Below, piece after piece: positions 16,267-20,000 of a DNA stretch of 20,000 bases; positions within the stretch are counted from its first letter, which is position 1; each line of letters starts with the position of its first letter. The stretch lies in the IMG/VR virus record IMGVR_UViG_3300042898_003801, positions 55,034 through 75,033 of that record; one strand, given 5' to 3'. The position numbers were made by a program, and so were the translations under genes. Origin of the DNA: an uncultured virus (IMG/VR IMGVR_UViG_3300042898_003801). Its lineage: Duplodnaviria; Heunggongvirae; Uroviricota; Caudoviricetes. The notes beneath the pieces were generated by a model. That model made no database searches. It worked only from the letters and a program-made list of their open reading frames with translations, and was not told where the DNA came from.

Positions 16267-16922
16267 TGCGAGTCAGTGATTTTCAAATTCGCAACCACAA
16301 CAAACTGGATGATATTTTGGTTCAGTTATGTGCAATGATTATTGAGGGTAAAAAACAAGACCCAGAAAAGTACGGCATGGTAGCATCCGCAGTACTAGAT
16401 ACTAACAATAATCTAGTCAAAGCAGTGAATTATAAAACCACACACGGACGGGCACATGGAGAACTTGCTGCCATGGAACAGTATGAGCGCAAGTTTGGTA
16501 ACATTCCTGCAGGTAGTATTATCATAACAACCTGCAGTCCTTGCAGTGAACCAATGCCAGTCAGCGAACGAGACGGTCCAAGTTGTACAGAATTAATCAA
16601 CAACAGCCCAGTACGCAAAGTATATTGTGGATTTGAAGATCCCACACAGAATCTCAGTGATCGATATCAACACAAAAAATTCCACACTGAGTGTACAAAA
16701 AATCCCAAGATACATGAGCTGTGCCATGTGTTTGCCAATACATTTTTGGAACACAGAACAGAACAACTAGATGAATTGACTTTTTTAGGATCACCATGCA
16801 CCAAAGACTGTTCGGGGCATCGTGCAGGATATCGCTGGAGCAAAGATCGAGCTAACCGAACTGCCAGCAGTTGGAGTCAAAGTTTTAACAACGGGGCCGC
16901 GTTAGCTGCGGCCGGACGATAA
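16266..16922 (+). CDS. zinc-dependent (cytidine/RibD-like) deaminase with a C-terminal Cys-rich module
   Basis: 'RAHGELAA' (HxE) and 'TTCSPCS...SC' (PCxxC with an insertion). The start is more likely the TAATG-coupled ATG at 16266 (MRVSDF) than TTG 16248. After 'QLDE' comes the module 'FLGSPCTKDCSGHRAGYRW'. Confidence 0.75.
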   Translation: MRVSDFQIRNHNKLDDILVQLCAMIIEGKKQDPEKYGMVASAVLDTNNNLVKAVNYKTTHGRAHGELAAMEQYERKFGNIPAGSIIITTCSPCSEPMPVSERDGPSCTELINNSPVRKVYCGFEDPTQNLSDRYQHKKFHTECTKNPKIHELCHVFANTFLEHRTEQLDELTFLGSPCTKDCSGHRAGYRWSKDRANRTASSWSQSFNNGAALAAAGR

Positions 16923-16925
16923 AGA

Positions 16926-17010
16926 ACACCCTTAGGACCGTAACTCTGTTACGTGGTGTGGCCGGGTGCTGGCCTAGTGTAACGATTCGCTACCGTGAAA
17001 CTAAAAGTGA
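16926..17010 (+). ncRNA. candidate structured non-coding RNA (multi-stem, possible pseudoknot), family not identified
   Basis: ACACC 16926-30 pairs with GGTGT 16955-59, enclosing CGTAAC/GTTACG (16939-44/16948-53). GGCCGG/CTGGCC (16960-65/16969-74) forms a second stem. TAGT/ACTA (16975-78/17000-03) encloses ACG/CGT. The loop TCGCT (16987-91) is complementary to AGTGA (17006-10). Confidence 0.55.
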
Positions 17011-17022
17011 CCAATTATTAAC

Positions 17023-17030
17023 TATAAATA
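17023..17030 (+). promoter_or_regulatory. perfect T4 late promoter consensus TATAAATA
   Basis: Exact TATAAATA 4 nt before ATG 17035, with no SD. Confidence 0.7.
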
Positions 17031-17034
17031 GTTC

Positions 17035-18114
17035 ATGCTTGATTTTTTAAATGTTGGCACATCGTTAAATTTATCAAAAATTCAAATTGACGATTTACTT
17101 AAATCAATCTATGGACAGGAGTTTGATGTAGGCCCAGAAATTTTTCTTGGCATAAATTTACAATGGCCCAAGTTTGATTTACCTGCAAACTATCAACGAT
17201 ATTTCATATCATTCCATACCGAATATATGGACATACCTTGGATTCTAGAACAAGCTCGTCGTGTGTATCCAGTACCAATCTTATTAGTCACCGATTATGA
17301 TATTGAAAAAAATCCTGTCTGGCCTGAAAATATAACTGTAATTAAATACATAACTTTACACAAGCAATTGGACCAAGCAATCAACGACATTGGAATGGCC
17401 ACAGAAATCAAAACTCCCAAATATAAAATTAGCAGTTTAAGCTACCGAATTACACAATACAAAAAATTTGTCACTGCATACTTATTGCAACATTTTGATC
17501 ACAGTGACATGATACTGACCTATCACAATAGTATGGGAAAATTAGATGATCATCATGGATACCCCAACGGATACCCATACCTTGATCAACTTGAGTTAAC
17601 ATCATTGTCCAAAACACTGATAAATTTTGAAGATGATACAGAATCTATAAACATCTCCCCAGTTTTAAATGCTTCGTGGCAAATTGCACCGTTTCTGGAT
17701 GCCTGGATCAATCTTACAAATGAAAGTTGGCACTATTCAAGGACTATACTCGATAATAAGAACTTTTATTATCCGGGTCCTTACTTGACTGAAAAAACTT
17801 TTAAACCCTTATTAGCTGGTAGACCATTTTTGGCTGTAGGACAATGTAACACTTACAAAACATTAAAGGATCTGGGACTTTCTGTTGATTTCGGATTTGA
17901 TATCAGTTACGACACAGATTCAGGAGATCTTACTCGGATTAAAGGTATTTTTTCCGCAATTGATTACATACAAAATACCAATCTTGATCAATTGTTCCAA
18001 TCAGGAATTGATGCCGTTCGTTACAATTTAAATTACATTAAAAACAACGATTTGTTTGTCCACTGTGAAGATCTAAATACCGAAAGTGTAAAAAAGATTA
18101 AAAATTTTTTTTAA
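17035..18114 (+). CDS. AT-rich hypothetical protein, possibly glycosyltransferase-like
   Basis: C-terminal 'INLTNES...YLTEKTFKPLLAGRPFLAVG' is reminiscent of the GT-B/GT10-type 'TEK' donor-binding segment. The gene is visibly more AT-rich than upstream genes. Confidence 0.55.
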   Translation: MLDFLNVGTSLNLSKIQIDDLLKSIYGQEFDVGPEIFLGINLQWPKFDLPANYQRYFISFHTEYMDIPWILEQARRVYPVPILLVTDYDIEKNPVWPENITVIKYITLHKQLDQAINDIGMATEIKTPKYKISSLSYRITQYKKFVTAYLLQHFDHSDMILTYHNSMGKLDDHHGYPNGYPYLDQLELTSLSKTLINFEDDTESINISPVLNASWQIAPFLDAWINLTNESWHYSRTILDNKNFYYPGPYLTEKTFKPLLAGRPFLAVGQCNTYKTLKDLGLSVDFGFDISYDTDSGDLTRIKGIFSAIDYIQNTNLDQLFQSGIDAVRYNLNYIKNNDLFVHCEDLNTESVKKIKNFF

Positions 18115-18209
18115 TTGGTACTGGATTTCAATCTTCAGTTAATAAATATTTCTTGTCAAATAATCTATAAAACTAAAATATTATAATTACTGATTTAACC
18201 AAAATATCA

Positions 18210-18237
18210 TTGACTTTTACACATAATACTGTATACT
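18210..18237 (+). promoter_or_regulatory. sigma70-type (early/middle) promoter
   Basis: TTGACT (18210-15), a 16-nt spacer and TATACT (18232-37), with an AT-rich upstream region. AGGAGA RBS at 18250-55. Confidence 0.65.
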
Positions 18238-18260
18238 TGTTTGACTAACAGGAGATTTAT

Positions 18261-18521
18261 ATGTCTACAAAAACTTTCAACGGCGAACAAAAACTCAAGC
18301 TCACTCAAATCATCAACGAAGGCATGCAGGTCATGCACGAAATTGAAACTTTAAACGGTGGGCTAGCTGACACTATCAAAGCAGTTGCCGAGGAGCTTGA
18401 GATCAAGCCTGCTGTCCTGAAAAAAGCCATTAGGCTTGCACACAAGGCAGAGTTTGGTAGAGAGAAACAGGATCATGAATTGTTAGAAACAATTCTAGAA
18501 ACTGTGGGCAAAACACTATAA
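18261..18521 (+). CDS. T4 DsbA/GapR-like double-stranded DNA-binding protein
   Basis: An 86-aa helical protein with 'DTIKAVAEELEIKPAVLKKAIRLAHK' resembling phage dsDNA-binding proteins. It has a strong RBS and lies next to the DNA polymerase. Confidence 0.65.
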   Translation: MSTKTFNGEQKLKLTQIINEGMQVMHEIETLNGGLADTIKAVAEELEIKPAVLKKAIRLAHKAEFGREKQDHELLETILETVGKTL

Positions 18522-18545
18522 CAGTGACCGTATCTCAGAATAGCC

Positions 18546-18809
18546 ATGAACAAACATCAACAACATCTTAAAGACACTGGTTGGACTTATTGGCAACACC
18601 TACATCACAGTATTGTAGTGGGTTACCAACTTATTAAAATTGCCATGTTGGGGTTTATTCATGGGGTGTTTCCGGGGATCTGGGCTAATAAAGGACCAGT
18701 AGGCATATATCGAGTGTTCAAGGACATGCGAAAGTTACGCCATGCACAGAAACTATTTGATGCAGAAGACCAACAACAGCATGAGCAAGATAAAAATAAT
18801 CGGGTATAA
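18546..18809 (+). CDS. small His-motif protein (DUF6356-like)
   Basis: 'HL...TYWQHL...GFIHGVFP' pattern with a hydrophobic helix. The family assignment is from memory. Confidence 0.5.
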   Translation: MNKHQQHLKDTGWTYWQHLHHSIVVGYQLIKIAMLGFIHGVFPGIWANKGPVGIYRVFKDMRKLRHAQKLFDAEDQQQHEQDKNNRV

Positions 18810-19368
18810 TCAAGCCACATTAGCCAATGACTTTGTTGGATTGTTTAGTACTCACGGGCAGTCTATTGATATCCTAGAACCAGATGACTTTTTGCAAGGC
18901 AACTATAAAGACAATGATCGATTTGTAGTTGCAGTGACTCGTGATCTTGACTTGAGAAAACAATTAATTACTGCACTAGACGAAAGATTGTTATCACGTG
19001 CTACACTGATTCACCCAAGTTGTGTAATTGATCCACATGCTGAAGTTGGCGAAGGTTCTGTAATTTCTCAATTTTCCAGTGCACTTTGGAGTAGTACCAT
19101 TGGGCGAGATTGTTTAGTTGCACCTTACTGTATGATTGCCCATCAAAGCAACCTTGGACAAGGAAGTCTTATGCAACCAGGTGCTATGATAGCCGGCAGT
19201 ACCACAATAGGATCTATGTGTGTGTTAGGAATGAGAAGCAATGTCATTGACAAACTTTCTATATGTGATTGGGTAGAGGTGGGCGCCGCTGCCTTGGTTA
19301 CAAAAAGCATCGAGCAATCTGGGTTATATCTGGGGCAACCAGCCAGGCGTGTAAATAAACAAGAATGA
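18781..19368 (+). CDS. hexapeptide-repeat (left-handed beta-helix) sugar O-acetyltransferase, NeuD/PglD-like
   Basis: N-terminal 'IKIIG', then 'ATLIHPSCVI', repeated [IVL]-G-x-x-x-x hexapeptides, 'IAHQS' (catalytic His) and C-terminal 'VTKSI...YLGQPAR'. The start is probably ATG 18781 rather than 18742. Confidence 0.85.
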   Translation: MSKIKIIGYNQATLANDFVGLFSTHGQSIDILEPDDFLQGNYKDNDRFVVAVTRDLDLRKQLITALDERLLSRATLIHPSCVIDPHAEVGEGSVISQFSSALWSSTIGRDCLVAPYCMIAHQSNLGQGSLMQPGAMIAGSTTIGSMCVLGMRSNVIDKLSICDWVEVGAAALVTKSIEQSGLYLGQPARRVNKQE

Positions 19369-19422
19369 GTCGCTCACGTTACGAGCATGCAACACGGCTA
19401 ATCGGCCATAATCGGAGAAAAA

Positions 19423-20000
19423 TTGAGTTACATTGACGCACTGTTTGATCGAGAACACGATCGCATACATGTTGTAGAACGACGCAATGGCGAACGAGTC
19501 TACAAGGAATATCCAGCCAATTACATATTTTACTACGATGACCCCCGAGGCAAGTTTACCAGCATTTATGGCACACCTGTATCACGTTTTAGCACACGCA
19601 ACAACAAAGAGTTTCGCAAAGAAGTTCGAGCACAGTCACATAAAAATTTATATGAAAGTGACATCAATCCTGTATTTAGATGTTTGAGCGAAAATTATCT
19701 TGGCCAAGATGCTCCAGAACTCAATGTGGCATTTTTTGACATTGAAGTTGCGTTTGATCCAGAACGTGGATTTAGCCCAGTTGCAGATCCATTCAATCCC
19801 ATAACTGCAATTTCGTTGTATTTGACTTGGCTGGATCAACTGGTCACATTGGCAGTACCACCAAAACACATGAGTTGGGCCACTGCTGAAGAAATTGCCA
19901 GTACGTTTGAAAACTGTATGTTGTTTGAACGTGAAGAAGAAATGTTAAAAACATTTTTGGATCTCATTGAAGACGCAGATGCACTGTCCGGGTGGAATTC
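19423..20000 (+). CDS. family B DNA polymerase (T4 gp43-like), N-terminal and 3'-5' exonuclease part, runs off the window
   Basis: TTG start with a GGAG RBS (19414-17). It translates MSYIDALFDREHDRIHVVER...LYESDINPVFRCL...VAFFDIEV (ExoI)...PITAIS...EEEMLKTF...LSGWN (ExoII). It is absent from the ORF track because there is no stop in the window. Confidence 0.9.
   Translation, partial: MSYIDALFDREHDRIHVVERRNGERVYKEYPANYIFYYDDPRGKFTSIYGTPVSRFSTRNNKEFRKEVRAQSHKNLYESDINPVFRCLSENYLGQDAPELNVAFFDIEVAFDPERGFSPVADPFNPITAISLYLTWLDQLVTLAVPPKHMSWATAEEIASTFENCMLFEREEEMLKTFLDLIEDADALSGWN

Noticed and set aside
16926..17010. tRNA, hammerhead ribozyme or intrinsic terminator interpretation of the structured element
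   Set aside because: There is no cloverleaf with a proper T-arm or acceptor stem, no CUGAnGA core despite a GAAAC, and no poly-U after a hairpin.
18120..18140. Weak hairpin ACTGGA...TTCAGT after the 17035 gene as a terminator
   Set aside because: The stem is short and AT/GU-rich with no following U-tract, so support is insufficient.
19487..19687. 66-aa + strand ORF (and similar nested + ORFs at 3619, 5404, 14235, 15941)
   Set aside because: These are out-of-frame overlaps within better-supported genes. This one lies inside the DNA polymerase frame starting at 19423.
219..19869. Numerous minus-strand ORFs of 60-146 aa in the ORF track
   Set aside because: All lie antisense to long, motif-bearing + strand genes and show no recognisable motifs. 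They are treated as shadow ORFs.
1..20000. Stop-codon reassignment (alternative genetic code), as seen in some large phages
   Set aside because: Genes are long and intact under the standard code, and TAA, TGA and TAG all end genes at sensible junctions.

Overview
This window looks like part of a large T4-like (Tevenvirinae-style or jumbo myovirus-type) dsDNA phage genome. All credible genes are on the + strand and use the standard code. They are tightly packed with ATGA/TAATG overlaps and preceded by (TA)TAAATA late-promoter-like boxes. Positions 1-16922 form a late-type cluster of modular proteins. Many start with an N-terminal motif resembling the T4 capsid-targeting sequence (M-R/K-x-x-E/D-F/L-x-x-E) and are subdivided by repeated [LIVM]-x-E / G-[VMI]-A-E linkers that resemble prohead-protease sites. 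The modules include a HIGH-motif nucleotidyltransferase, a Pol-beta-type nucleotidyltransferase, an HExxH metallopeptidase, two amidoligase-like domains, a RelE/YafQ-like RNase, ParB-like and GNAT-like domains, a zinc deaminase and many small basic Cys-containing modules. Also present are a GT2-like glycosyltransferase, Dps and an alpha/beta hydrolase. A GC-rich multi-stem, possibly pseudoknotted RNA-like element (about 16926-17010) follows. After it come an AT-rich gene, a sigma70-type promoter, a DsbA-like dsDNA-binding protein, a hexapeptide acetyltransferase and the 5' part of a family B DNA polymerase, which is missing from the ORF track. The main hypothesis is a virion-packaged, protease-processed polyprotein 'cargo' system that delivers enzymes or toxins into the host. 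Family assignments come from motif recognition by eye, not from database searches.
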